A DNA stretch of 64,000 nucleotides. Source: Octopus vulgaris. Taxonomy: Eukaryota. Positions 26,686 through 40,396 of this stretch are shown piece after piece (position 1 is the stretch's first letter; the number at the start of each line of letters is the position of its first letter). Both the position numbers and the translations under genes were made by a program. The notes beneath the pieces are model-generated. The model saw nothing but the letters and a program-made list of their open reading frames with translations, was not told the DNA's origin and ran no database searches. The stretch spans positions 103,850,001 through 103,914,000 of the forward strand of contig OX597816.1 in assembly GCA_951406725.2 (NCBI GenBank), in the 5' to 3' direction.

Positions 26686-27753
26686 CAAAAGTAATTTTTT
26701 TATCTTTTGCAGTACTTCTTTCTATGTTTACTGTTATGTCATTCTGAAAAAGAATTCTCTTTCTATATCTGCTCTGTTATTATAATGTTGATGCAATACT
26801 CTAGATTACTGGTTAAAATCTCCACATTACAATGGAATTACTGAGCTATTCAGCTATCACTTTGATGTTCATAATTACTCATAACAAACTGACCCATGAT
26901 ACTTGTAGTTCTGTCATATTTGATAATCTTCTCAGTGCTGTCTTGTATCCCAGACCAGATTGATTCTAAGTCACCAATTGAATCTAGAGATCATTTAGCA
27001 TCTCCTTGGTAGTTGGTCAATAAAATGGAAATTAATAAGCTTATTATCTTTCAGACTATTACCCTCATCTTTGTGGGTTTTTAAAAAAAATTATTTCATA
27101 CCAGTTAGTATACTGATTCGACTATGCCTGCCATGTTCTCTGGTCTTTTTGAAAAGTTTTTGTACAATCCTAAATGAGAAGAGGTTTCTAGTATTCTAAC
27201 TCAAGCCAATTTCTAATTTGTGGAGGAAAAGGACACAATGATTGACCCAGTTTTCAACAGTGTGCATGACCAATTCTTGAAAAGGAGAAAAGGGAGTGGG
27301 TGAGAGAGAATAGAGAGAGGGTGGGGAGAGAGGTAGAAGGAGGGAAGAGGAAGAGAAATAAATAGAAAGACAAACTGAGTAGACACAACCCACTAATTGA
27401 CTGGTTCATTGTCAACTCTAGAAAAAGGAGAGGCAAAGTAGATCTTGCCATGATCTGAACTCAGAATACAAAGAGCTGGAACAAAGCCCTCTGGATATTT
27501 TGTCTGATAATTCTAATGATTCTACCAAATGACCAGCTTAACTTCATCTTCAGAGATAGTAAAAATGTTAATGATTACATCCATCTACTCTACATTTCAA
27601 ATTGTAGGATCATTATTTGTTATCAGATATCTCATTTCTGGAGTGTGGGTTATGCATTGTATTAGAGTGGAATTGGAATTAACAACCTTTATTTCTAAAC
27701 TAAGAGTAATAATGTTTAGGCCACAGATGCATGTAGTTCAAAATCCAGTCTAA

Positions 27754-28450
27754 GTGGTTAAGAAATTCACTTAACAGCCACATGGTTTCAGATTTAGTCC
27801 CAGACCACAACATCTTGGGCAAGTAACTGGGCAAGGTTGACCAATACTTTGTAAGAGAATTTAGTGGACAGAAACTGTGTGGAAGCCTGTTTGAAACTGT
27901 GTGAAAGGCGGCTAGCTGGCAGAAATGTTAGCACGCCGAGCAAAATTCATAGCGTTATTTCATCTGCCGTTTCATCTGAGTTCAAATTCCGCCGAGGTCG
28001 ACATTGCTTTCATCTCTTTGGGGTCAATAAATTAAGTACCAGTTACACACTGGGTCGATGTAATCGATTTAATCCCTTTGTCTGTCCTTGTTTGTCCCCT
28101 CTATGTTTAGCTCCTTGTGGGCAGTAAAGAAATAAGAAACTGTGTGGAAGCCTGTTGTATATGCATGTGTGTGTGTGTGTGTGAGTGTGTGTCTGTTTGT
28201 CTGTCTGTGTCTGCATTTGTTCCTTGCCACCACACTTTGGCTGCTGATGTTGGTTTGTTTACATCCCTGTAACTGAGCAGTTCAGCAATTGAGACTGAAA
28301 GAATAAGTGCTATACTTAAAAAGAACAAGAAGCACTATGGTCGATTTATTTGACTAAAACACTTCAAGGCGATATCCCAGCATGATGACAGTCCATGTTG
28401 GGACACTAAGCTAGTGTCCCAGCATGTTGACAGTCCAATAATTAAAAGAA
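27754..28450 (+). mobile_element. Nested SINEs (CORE-like SINE ~27905-28135 inside the other family)
   Basis: agaaactgtgtggaagcctgtt duplicated at ~27870 and ~28135 around the inner SINE. Confidence 0.7.
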
Positions 28451-29817
28451 GAGAAAATAAAATAACATCCAAAAAGAAGACTGATGAAGGCAATAAGAAA
28501 TCAAATTGATGGAAAGACAGTGTAGATATAAATAATATTAGAGTATCATCTCTAAGGATGAGGTTAATAGTCTGGAAATTTATTATCTGATTAACAACAA
28601 CTAATCTCAGGTATTTAGACTATTAATGACAATAAATATTGATATTTTTACTCAGCCATTGTTGCTTCATATATCTCAGGTAAAACATTATCAGATTTAT
28701 GATCTAAGGTATTCCAGCCATGAATGTCTTATATTTTTGCATATTCAGCATACTGTTGAATTTGTTCATCCTCTTTTAAGATAGAAAAGTGTAATCAGAG
28801 AAAATTTGGCTTATTTTTAACAGGCATAAACTCTCTCTTTCCTAAGCAACTGTAGCTAAATGTGACAATCTCCTTGTAATTCTAATACATCAAATTATTT
28901 AGTTTGGTCCTTTACAGCTTCTGTTATCTGCAAGCCTTAAAATAAGATTGATTTCTTAATTAGGTACAAAGCACATATTTTTAATGAAATAACGATTAAA
29001 TATATTGAGTCCTGTACATTCAATTGCAGAAGGTTGAAGGGCAAAATCTACTTCGGACAGATTTGAATTCAGAATATAAAGGTATGGAATTAAATGTCAA
29101 AAGGTATTTTGTCTGATACCCTACAAGTTTTACCAATCCATCAATCTCCACATCCAAATAAAAATATTAGTTTCAAGTTTTGGTAAAAGGCTAGTAATAT
29201 TCTGGGGAGAGGATAGTCGGTTACATTGACCCCAGTACTTGACTGGTACTTATTTTATCAACCCTGAAAAGATGAAAGGCAAAGTCAACCTTGGCAGAGT
29301 CTGAAATCAGAATATAAGCACAGACGAAATACCACTTAGCATTTTGCCTGGTATGCTAATGATTCTACCAGTTTGTCACCTTAAATTATTGGTACTTATA
29401 TTATTAGCGACCCTTTATATAAGTCAACCTAGTCAGAAAGGATATACCTTAATACTCCCAAGCATTTACCACATTTACTGCTGCCTACTCTCACCTGTAT
29501 TAAAACAAGGTGATATATCCCCCATAATCAGGCATGTTTTCAGAGAAAATTGGAACCAATGAACCCAGTTATATAACCATGCCATTGTTTACAAGTATCA
29601 TGTGATATCAAAGCAAGCAGGCACAAACACTCACATTTACACACACACACACACACACACATGATATGCTTCTTTCAGTTTCTGCCTACAATATCTACTC
29701 ACAAGGTTATGGTTGGTTTGGAGCTACAGTAGTAGATTCTTACCCAAGCTGCCATGTAGTAGGACTGAACCTGAAAACATAATATTGCAGCAGACTCCTT
29801 AATTACACTACCACATA

Positions 29818-29926
29818 TATGTATGTATGTACGTACGTACGTACGTATGTATGTATGTATGTATGTATGTATGTATGTATGTATGTATGTATGTATGTAT
29901 GTATGTATGTATGTGTGTGTGTAAGT

Positions 29927-29966
<40 letters not shown>

Positions 29967-29975
29967 ATGTATATG
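29818..29975. repeat. (TATG)n/(TG)n microsatellite
   Basis: Directly visible. Confidence 0.95.
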
Positions 29976-30244
29976 CAAACTGAAACTGAAAGAATCCTGT
30001 CATGTATGTTCATGTGTGAGTGTCCCTTGTCTTGACACAAGGCCAGCTTTTTATGGCTAGTGGGTAAGCTGATTACATTGACCCCAGTGTCCAACTGATA
30101 CTTATTTTCTCAACCTTGAAAGAATGAAAGGCAAAGTTGACCTCACTGGATTCAGTGGATGAAATGCAGCTAAGCATTTTGCCCCATGTGCTAACAATTC
30201 TCCTATCTTGCTGCCTTAATTTTGCCACCTTAATAATAACAGTG

Positions 30245-30490
30245 ATATAAAGAAGGAACTAGAAAAGATTGGAAAATACCTGAATGTGTCTACAGAGCTG
30301 AAATAATTCTGGATCATGCAAGAAAAAATTATTTCTACCATCATGGGATTATTAAGAACAACAACTAAATCTGTTGCTGAAAAGACTAAGAAATATTATA
30401 TTGATATCAGTGAGCAAGATTTTAAAAGCTGTTGTCCTTTAATCAACAAAAATCTCCCATCAAGTCCTTCAGAGTTGAGAAGACAATGTT
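30245..30490 (+). pseudogene. Decayed C-terminus of an RLE-type (R4/Dong-like) non-LTR retrotransposon
   Basis: KELEKIGKYL...EKIISTIMGLLRT resembles KE.EKI.KY.DL...VIPII.GALGT. Confidence 0.45.
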
Positions 30491-31646
30491 GCTAAATATC
30501 AAATTATAAAATTCTTGACAAGATTAATGTAGATAATTTATTAAATGATTAGTTAATGAGACATCAAACAGCATATGTTCCATAATCTGAAGCATATTGT
30601 GAGGTGTATCCAACGATTAACTATACAAATTTTAGCTATTTGTTTTAGATAATTGTTTAAAGTCGTAGCTAACATGTGTATTGTCATTAGATATACTTTA
30701 CTATACATTTAAGATGAATATAAAACAGATATACTAATTATTTTCTAACATAAGCCCAAAGCTATAAGTTTTGGAGTGAATAAATAGATTGATTATATCA
30801 AGCTACTCAATTTCTTAACAGGTACTTTTTCTATTGACCCTCTTCACATTCCAGTGAAGGCATGTTGGACACAAGAACATCATTGCTGTAATTCCCAGAC
30901 AAGAGTATTGCTTTATGCTCTTGGGTAAAACACTTTATTTTACATTGTACTATTCAATTCAGCTGAAAATAAATACCCACAACAGTTGGGAGTTAACCCT
31001 GTGAAGAACTAGTGTCTGGTTCAATGGGGAATGTTGTTCTCTCAATCACTCATATGCCAAGAAAACTGAGATAAGTTCTAGTCTTTAGAAAGTCTCTGAC
31101 AGACCTTAACACCTTCACATTTTGACATTAAATGAAAACAAAAATATTTATAATAAGGATTTCTAACATACATCCTGAAATTCTAACAAGTGTTCTTCAA
31201 GATGACGCATTGACACCATATCTTTCCATATTCACTCAGGACTAAGCCATGAGGGAAGCCATTGTTAATGTGTTTCTTTATTACTCACAAGAGGCTAAAC
31301 ATAGAGGGGACGAACAAGATCTTAGCTTTACAGTGACACAAAGGAGAAGATTTGACATTATCAAATACAATTGATCAAGCTCAAGAACTTCTTCATAAAG
31401 TCTAATTCTCTGTCAGGAAAATTGGTCTGCACTGGAAGTTATACACAAGCTACTACTGTGGGAACCAACTCATTGGGGAGGGAGTAAAAGAAGACCTACA
31501 TAAACATTAATTGATCAACTCTCAGATGATACTAACCTAAATAAGGAGCAATTGCCACAAGCAATGGAAAATTGAGAATTGTGGAGAGACTTTGTCAAGA
31601 AAGCTTGACCATGGTTGCAATGATGAACATACATACAAAATTGCAA

Positions 31647-31680
<34 letters not shown>

Positions 31681-31681
<1 letters not shown>

Positions 31682-31971
31682 CGGAGATGTACTCGCATAG
31701 CAAGTGATTTGATCTGAGATCGTGTGCTGAAACGAAAACAATTGCAGTGTGGAAGGTGTTTGTAAGCCATTTAAGAAACACACAAAAGCCGTTCGATTCA
31801 CTTCAACATTTAAATTTAATTGCTGAGATGCAGCATGGATTTTTGTCAGTGAACAGGTCGCGGATTTTAGCGACGAAAATATTTTGACAAATCAAACTTA
31901 AATGTTGAAGTGAATCAAACGGCTTTTGGGTGTTTCTTAAATGGCTTACAAACACCTTCCACGCTGCAATT
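31681..31971. mobile_element. (TA)n-flanked fold-back element with variant hammerhead in the spacer
   Basis: ~31740-31820 is the reverse complement of ~31890-31971. Confidence 0.7.
31843..31890 (+). ncRNA. Hammerhead-like motif with G3:C8 core
   Basis: TTGTCA GTGAACA g-GTCGC-ggatttta-GCGAC GAAAA ta TTT TGACAA; stems I and II perfect, palindromic stem III AATATT. Confidence 0.6.
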
Positions 31972-32003
<32 letters not shown>

Positions 32004-32289
32004 TCAAGAAGGCTTTAGTCAGTTAAAACAATACCACTACTTAAATGGTACAAACTTTATTAAGCAGACAGGATGAGGTACAAAGTAGATGGAAGCAGGA
32101 TTTGAAGTCAGGGCATAAAGGTATATAGCAAAATACTATAAAGATATTCTCACTGTTTTCTAATACTTTTTCATATTAACTCTGCTTTCAAGTGATAATT
32201 ATTATTATTTTCTTGTTTAACATAGCAACTTCACTGAAGAATATAGCAAAATGTCAGCTGGCCACAACTAATATACTAAGGTAACATTC

Positions 32290-32690
32290 TTCATTTAGAT
32301 TTCAAGAACTCTGTAGAGAATTCATTCTGCCTCAGAGACCAGTTTTTCTTTGTAAATTCGCCATCTTCACTTGTTTTCAAGCTTTCCAATTCAGTGTGTA
32401 AACTTGTTACTTATAGGACCCAAAGCTCCAACAAAAGGAATAATACTCACTTCTCTTCAATGACGTCAGTCGTTTTCCTACTTTAAATCATCATATCTGA
32501 CCTGCTGCAATTTTTCTGTTCTAAATACTCTGTCATCACTAGAGCATACAATGTCTATATTTTCTTGTTTCCTTTTTAGTCACAACCACTATATCCAGCT
32601 TTCGATGTTCAATTTCATGAACACATTGGATCATTACGTTCCACAGTATCTTCGACTTGTCATTCCTAATTACTCTGTCAGAGATTTGCC
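32290..32690 (-). pseudogene. Decayed restriction-like endonuclease region of an R4/Dong-like non-LTR element
   Basis: Minus strand NDKSKILWNVMIQCVHEIEHRKLDIVVVTKKE..IDI..VSIIPFVGALGP matches the KILWD..IQ.D....RPDIVV...GALG pattern. Confidence 0.7.
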
Positions 32691-32755
32691 CACACTGTGC
32701 CTTTGCTCTATCAAATCAATACTCTCTATACAATTATTATTATTATTATTATTAT

Positions 32756-32800
<45 letters not shown>

Positions 32801-34471
32801 TGTTGTTATTGTTGTCAGTGGCAGCGTTGTTGGTGTCATTGGTGTCGGCGTTGGCGTCATCAGCATTGGCATCAAACAAAATATTTTGTAGTATTTGTTC
32901 AGACTCTTTATAATTTGAGTTCATATCCTGCTGTTATCAACTTTTCTTTTTGTCCTCCTGAGGTTAATAATATAAAGTACCAGACAAGTACTCGGGTTGA
33001 TATAATCAACTGTCCCCTTTGCTCAAAATTTTTATCCTTATAGCTGTTAGAGATTACTACTGTTATTTTTCTCTTAGAGAAGTGCAGTACAAGAAACAGT
33101 AGTGTTCTATCTGAAATTATCTGAAAACTAATACATTCAGCTAAGGAGGTTTATATTTAAAGTTCTCCCTCAGCAATAAATAACCCTTATAACAAAGAAC
33201 CAGCTTAAGTGCCTGTATGTGGTTGCTTGACTTCTTGTAAATATTAGCCAAATCTATTTCAAGTTACACCATACTATCTTGAAATAGGAGGTACACATTG
33301 AGTGATGTTGTATGAAATACTTAATGACTAAGTGAAGAAAGGTGTGATCATACCTGGAACTTTTAGGACAAGAGGGCTTACTTGGAGCTAAACAGTAACA
33401 ATGACCCTTACAACAAAATATCCACCTTAAAGACCATTACTGTCTTTTCTCTCTTCTCATCTACATTAAAATAGATGGTCTTGATTACAGTTAGATTATG
33501 AAAACTTATTTAATTATCTAAATATCTAAATGATCAAGGCTTTGTTTAAGGCTAAGTTTGTAATGTTGTTACCATGTTTACAGCAATAAATGATGTTACA
33601 ATTGAAGTCTAATTAGTCAATTCTTGTATGGGAAAGCTGTTTCAGAATGGAAAACAATAAATAAATAAGTATACACATATGGTGTACACATCAACACACA
33701 CACACACAGACACGAGGTAAGTGAGACACTAAGCAGCCACTCAAATTGCTGGAAATAGCAGCCATATTTCCCTCAAACCAGACTTTGCTGCCTTAAACAA
33801 AATTAAGAACATAGTTGACAATGTAGGCTCACAGTGGGGATGCATTTAATCATTGGTCAATTCCTTCTGGAATAATGGGCTAAAGAAAAGCATCAACTGC
33901 ATGTAACTTTACCAGTAACAGCACGCTTACCTTAATTCTTCTCTCAGACCTCATCTATGTGTATAGCATTAAAAATCTTTGGCACACATGCTTTCTTCTA
34001 TGAAGGATGTAACATTACAGTTTAATCTAACAGTACAAATACACAGAATTTACACACCATGTGTACCTATGTTACACACTTTACCCATGTGTAATATGCA
34101 GTAAAAGCCACTCTTTTATTTAAACAGCTAGACATCATTAATTCTGATGGCTTCCTGTGGTGACCATATACCTAATATACTAAGTTGCAGCACAGAGGTT
34201 ATGTTTGCTTTTCAGGAATGGAAACAACTATTTATAAAAGTTCATGTAAGTCCAATGAGAGAACTTCTACATTTTGACAGAACTTACCAGAAATAGTAAG
34301 CATATCTCTCTCAAATCACACTCTGCTATCATAACTAAAGAAGTCTATGGTTGAACAGTGTAGGTTTGATGCAAAAAATGATGGAATAGTCATTACTGGA
34401 TCACCATCAAAGTTTGACTTAGAACGAGATAACAGTGTTGAAGTAATCTTTGTCATCATCACCACTACCAC

Positions 34472-34504
<33 letters not shown>

Positions 34505-36575
34505 TATCATCATCATCATCATCAACATCATTGCCATTATTGCTGTTGGTTAAATTAGTGGTAACATATTTGTGTTGGTACATTGATGGCACACAATCCT
34601 GTTTTGGATCACAATGCCAAAAGTGTTATCCACCTGATAGACAAGCCTTTCATTCACTGAATTAACAAAGGATCCTCCTAGTCATTCACCATGGAATGGA
34701 AATAGTAAATTCAAACAGGAACACTCTGTAGTATTCATATTTGATTGATTTTTCTTCCCTCTTTCCAAAGTTCACTTTACCTTTATATATCTCACAAGAA
34801 TGATGAAATAAGTATTAGACAAAATATTGAGCTGTATAATTGATTAAAATACTTTGTTGAAGACAATGTCCTAACATGACCATTGGCCATTTATTGAAAC
34901 CAGTAGAAAATTTAGGAAGAATATAAAATGTTCCACTCTCTGTTCTTGTTCAGAGGCTGAAGTGAATTTACTTTCACTGGTATCCTTCAGTGTATCACTT
35001 GTAAATATAATTTTAAGCCAGTGTGTTTTGCATCATGTGAGGCATGTAGGCATAATTTAGTATTTGTATTGAAAATTTATTAATTTAAGATTCCATAGTG
35101 TTGTTCTTTTGGTGTCACAGATTTCAAATTACTCACAAGCTATTGTAACAAGCTGTCTACTAGCTGTAGATACATACATAACCCCCCCAAAATTCAACAT
35201 TCACAAAATGTTTTGTAAAGTTTTACTTTAAATTCAAATATTTTGTGAAGTGAGAAATTAACTTTAAGGCTTCATAACTCACACAATGAGCCAATGAGGG
35301 TGCTACTTCCACTCATGCACTCTCATCACTCATATTATGTCCACCCTTTACACTTCACACTAACCATTGTTTCAAATCCTTTCTCCTCAGAATATATTTT
35401 CTGGAATCCTTGCCTGCTTAGGTTTTTCCTGTGGCTAATAACTTGATATTCTATTAGTAACAAGTTCATAGTTGCATGGAAACATTAAGAAAAATATTAA
35501 CCATGCTGATCTTGATAGTCCAGGAGGATATGCAATGACTATAGACATAGGTCCTTTCTAAAAAGAAAAAAAATGGTATAATTATGTGCCTTCCAATAAG
35601 TTTTAATATGCATTACTAAGTTTGTTCAATGTATTTTCTTGGTTTGTTAAGTGTATTGTTCAATACAGGTCACCAGTGACACCTTAATATTTCACATTCA
35701 AAAAATCTGACAAATTTATATTACAAATCATAAATATGGTTCTGATACTATTTATTTGATATTTAAAAAAAAAACAGTCAATTATTCTTCAAATTCACTG
35801 TAAAAAGAAACAAAATATAAATCTTGTTACTCTATAGTTTTCTGGGTTTAAAATATTAGTTATGTGATAATTCTAAATCTAAAGTTGTAACCTATAATTT
35901 TTAATTGAATATTTCTCTTATTATTATCTTAAACATTGTTTGAAGAAATAGTAAACCAGTTTCTTTACCCTTTGTATGTTGTCTATTGCTTTGAGATTAT
36001 TGAGAGAATTCTAACCTTGACTAATTAATCTGCAATAACTTTTCTTATACATTATCTTTAATAATTAATAATTAACACTAACTCAGAATTTTGAACTAAT
36101 AAAGACTAACTACTTATTGTGTACTACACTATGAGGGAAAATAAAATCAGACCTAAATCACTTTTCTATCTTCGACTGGTTCTTAAAATATCTTATATCA
36201 CTTCATGCATGAAATCTTAGCAGTTAATTTATAACTTCTTATCTATTTTATTCTACTAATTTGGGTTCTGTTAAAATGTCTCCATCTATTTTCTTATTTA
36301 CTAGTCTGATTTTGACTGCTCATCATTTCTGTCTTCAGTATTAATTCTAATGAGACTTTATCTCTCAAGGAATGAAATGACAAGAAATGGCTACACCATC
36401 CCATGAATAATGTTAAGTTGTCTCTGACATTCTTTGGTACCTTATCAACTCACCACTACTAACATTTACTACTAACAAGTAGTTTGCTTTGAAACAACAT
36501 TTGGCTCTACTCTGTTTCTCTGCTTCAAGAGATATTAACATCAGTATTCAAGATGAATATATATTTTTCTTATAG

Positions 36576-36665
36576 CACAATTATGCTGTACCAGGTGGCC
36601 GTCTTAGTCCAAGTGTGTCAGAAGCTGACTTACACAGTCCATCTACAGATTCCACTAAATCAGAG
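36576..36665 (+). CDS. RGS7: RGS7-like exon, Ser/Pro-rich DHEX-GGL linker
   Basis: tttttcttatAG / GAG|GTAAGC; 90 nt, phase 0-0, no stop; HNYAVPGGRLSPSVSEADLHSPSTDSTKSE; position and composition fit the poorly conserved linker exon. Confidence 0.82.
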
Positions 36666-38037
36666 GTAAGCCTCATAAATTAGAACTTGACTTACACCAG
36701 AAAATGTTTCACTATTCAATATCATCATTTCTTTCAATTAGACACAAGGCAGATTTCATAGACAGAGAGACAAAAGCTACAAATAATGAACTTAATGCCA
36801 GTACACCAGTATATTACTATAACTTACTAGTGTTAAAGAATGATGAAAAGCAAAACAAGCCCAGATAAGATTAAAGACCATAAATCTAAGGCAACAATCT
36901 ACATGTTGTATAGCGTGTGATTGGCTCTCAAAACATTTGTGCTATCTTTTTCACCCTGTTATTCAATATAACAGTAAATTGTCATTGACACTTTCTTACA
37001 GATATGCTACAAAATATATATGGTTTACATAAGAGTTGAATATTGCTTAGTTGTAAGTGGTAACTTTTGAAGAAGATTCTAATTTTAATTTACAAACATT
37101 ATGTAATTATTATTTGGTTTACTTGATGTAATCTAGAATTAAGAATAGAATTTGTTAAACTGAAAAGTAAACATCAGTACTATAAGTAGTGATAGACTGT
37201 CCCAGTAATTATCATGACTTAAACAAGTACTGCTAACAATGTATCAAAAAATTTATTGGTCATGTTCTACTAGCAAATACATCAACCTTTAATATTCAGT
37301 GGAAATGACATGTCAGTGAAACAAAATAAGTTAGGGAAAGGACTTAGAGAAACCAACAAATAGGGGATTAAAGGTAAGTATGCTAAAGAAATAATATTCA
37401 GGAAGAATGACTTTCCCATTTAAAATTGCTCTACTTTTCAATATTGGCTGAAATAGCTTCTAAGGAGTGAATTAAGTCCTTGAATTTTTTATATTCAAAT
37501 TTTTATACATGTGTAGAAACCTATACATACACATATACAAGTGTGTGTGTGTATTACTGTATACATATATAAACACATTTATTTGCTAATATTGTTCTAG
37601 TGCATGACATGAATACAACCATTTGTTTAGAAATACATATGCTCTATTTCATACCAATACATACATTTGGAAAATTTATTTGTATTACCATATAGATAAT
37701 CATATGGGGCAGATGTACAGACTATAAGAGTCAAAGAGGACAGATAATAATAAATTAACATGACAACATGACAGTAACAATTCATTTAATCCATCCTTAT
37801 TATACTGTTATATCATCGTCATCATTATCATTTAGCATCCATTATACCTGCATGGGTGGGACAGTTTGACCAAGCTGGTAAACTAGAAGGCTGCACCAGA
37901 CCTCAGTCTGATTATATATATATATATACATACATACATACACACATACTAGCTTTTGTGAATATGTTGAGGTGCACAGCTGGTGATACAACAGCTATCA
38001 GCTATCGACCAAGGTGTGTAATGAATTATCAGTAGTT

Positions 38038-38077
<40 letters not shown>

Positions 38078-38099
38078 CTTTCAGTAAAACTTCTTGATA

Positions 38100-38800
38100 C
38101 TGTAACAATATTAGAATTAAAATTCTCTTAAATCAAAATTTTTAATATCTTTAAAATCTTTAAAAACAGATTGACACAGACCTTACGGAAGGACGTTTTT
38201 GTATTAAGCACTTTTTCTGTTCTCACCTTCTCAAACACATGTGTTATAAGGTAATTCACATAGAAGTAGTTGTTTTAGCCGTGATGTTTGACTGTTTCTG
38301 GTTTAGTTTTGGATTTAGAATTTTTATAAAGTATTCTTCTTTTCAGGAATGCACCATTTCTGTCATGTGGAGTTAGCTGTATATAACATTTTATCTTTAT
38401 CCTTAATTTCCACAAATGCACATGCAAATATACACACACAAACATTCTCTACCACACACACACACACACCAATTTGTTGCTGTTACAGATTTGATAATGA
38501 TTTTCCTGGTGTTCTTGGATATTTTGGATGTGAGTATTTTATGATAGATTTGGAATTGAATGTAAATCCTAGAATATTTAACTTCCTTTTGTGTCAGTAT
38601 CAGTTTGTTGTTTGTGTGAAGTGGTAATTTCTGTTGGGTATTGTGCAAGGTCTTGAAAAATTTTGTGATTTTGATTCTGTTTTGATGTCTAAGTTATTCA
38701 CAAATCCTAGAACATAAGCAATAAAAATATTACATACAATATTGGATAAATCCAGGAACAAGGTGATGCTATGAACTTTGAAAGTTCTAATCGACATACA
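38100..38800 (-). pseudogene. Possible highly decayed Penelope-like ORF remnant
   Basis: Only faint resemblance to the linker/GIY-YIG tail seen at 55-56.6 kb. Confidence 0.25.
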
Positions 38801-40365
38801 ATCACAGAAGATCCTATATTTCCATAATTTTGTATGTAGAGCACCTGGTGTTTTAAAATTCTTTTCATAAAAGTATTAGAAATTTAATACTAGCACCTTT
38901 CACAAATTTTATATATCATCTCGATTCTTTTTCTGTTCCTTTCCCAGAGCAGCCATCTTCAGTGACCTAAAATCAGCATAGAGTGGTCTTCAGCATCTTG
39001 ATGTTATATCAACTACAAATATATAGACACAAGTATCATAGCTGTGTGCTTTAGAACTTTGATTTCCAACCACTCCAGTGCTGTTGCATGTTACTTTGGG
39101 CAAGTGTTTTCTATAATACTAAGCTAAATAAAGCCTTGGGAGTGAACTTCGTATATAGGAACTAAAAAAAGCTCATTATGTATATGTGTATGCATATATA
39201 TATGTGTGTGTGTATACAAGTGTTTCTGCACATTTGTTTACATTTGCACTTCTTCAGAAATTGTGAGGTGCAAGCAATGGTGTTGTAGTTGTTTCTTTTG
39301 CCATCACACTCTCCACTAGATTTACACATTCAAATATATGTGAAGTAAGAGATCCTTTACTAGCAAAACAGGTGAGGATTAGCGTCAGGAAGGGCATCTT
39401 GTCCTAAAAAAACTCTGCAATAATTATTTTCTTAGTCCATGCTGGTATCAAAAAACAGAAGTAAAGTCAAACAGATAAACTACTAAAGAAAGATAAGATA
39501 CTGTATGAAGTCTAACCATAATGTGAGACAGTACAATACACTGAACTGGAAGTGGTTATGTTATGGACTAACAAAAACAAACTAACAAATCTATTCTCTG
39601 ATTATTTCTTTTCTTTTTTTCTTTGTTTTTACTTACTCTGTTGCTTTTTCCTGATCACACATAATTATAACCAGTTAACCTTTTGATATTCCTTTCAAAA
39701 GATATATTAATGTTAACATTAACTTAAATAATGTTTTTCATCGTGATGGTGTCTTTGGGTAATTTATTCTCTAATTCTAGTTTCCTTTGCAAAACAGTGT
39801 ATAATATTGTACAATCTACCAATGTAGTTTGTGAGGGATGTTTCTTCATTTGTATGTGTCTTGTGTATGATTTTGGCTTTGTTGGTCATCTTGTATCTTC
39901 ACAAAGAGTGAATATCAGTTGTATTAAAAGCTTTTAGTTTGTTAATATTTATTCTAAGAGGTTGTTTTTGAGAAGATTGTACTTTGAGTTAAGCAAACTT
40001 TTTCAAAGACTCAGTGTTGTGAAATACTGCTTGTTACAACTGAACACATTGATTTAGACCAGTAGTTCTCAGCTGGGGTCCATATGGCCTTTGGTAGGGG
40101 GTGCCATATAAGTTTCATTGTTAACATTTATCTCCAATAAATTGGTCATACTTTTACAATACACGAAATATTTTAATAATTATATTTATACACAAATGTG
40201 GCTGTGTGGTAAGAAGCTTGCTTCCCAACCAAATGGCTCCAGGTTCAGTCCCACTGCGTAACACCTTGGGTAAGTGTCTTCTACTGTAGCCTCAGGCCAA
40301 CCAAAGCCTTGTGGGTGGATTTGGTAGATGGAAGCTGAAAGAATCCCATTGTATATGTGTGTATG

Positions 40366-40396
<31 letters not shown>

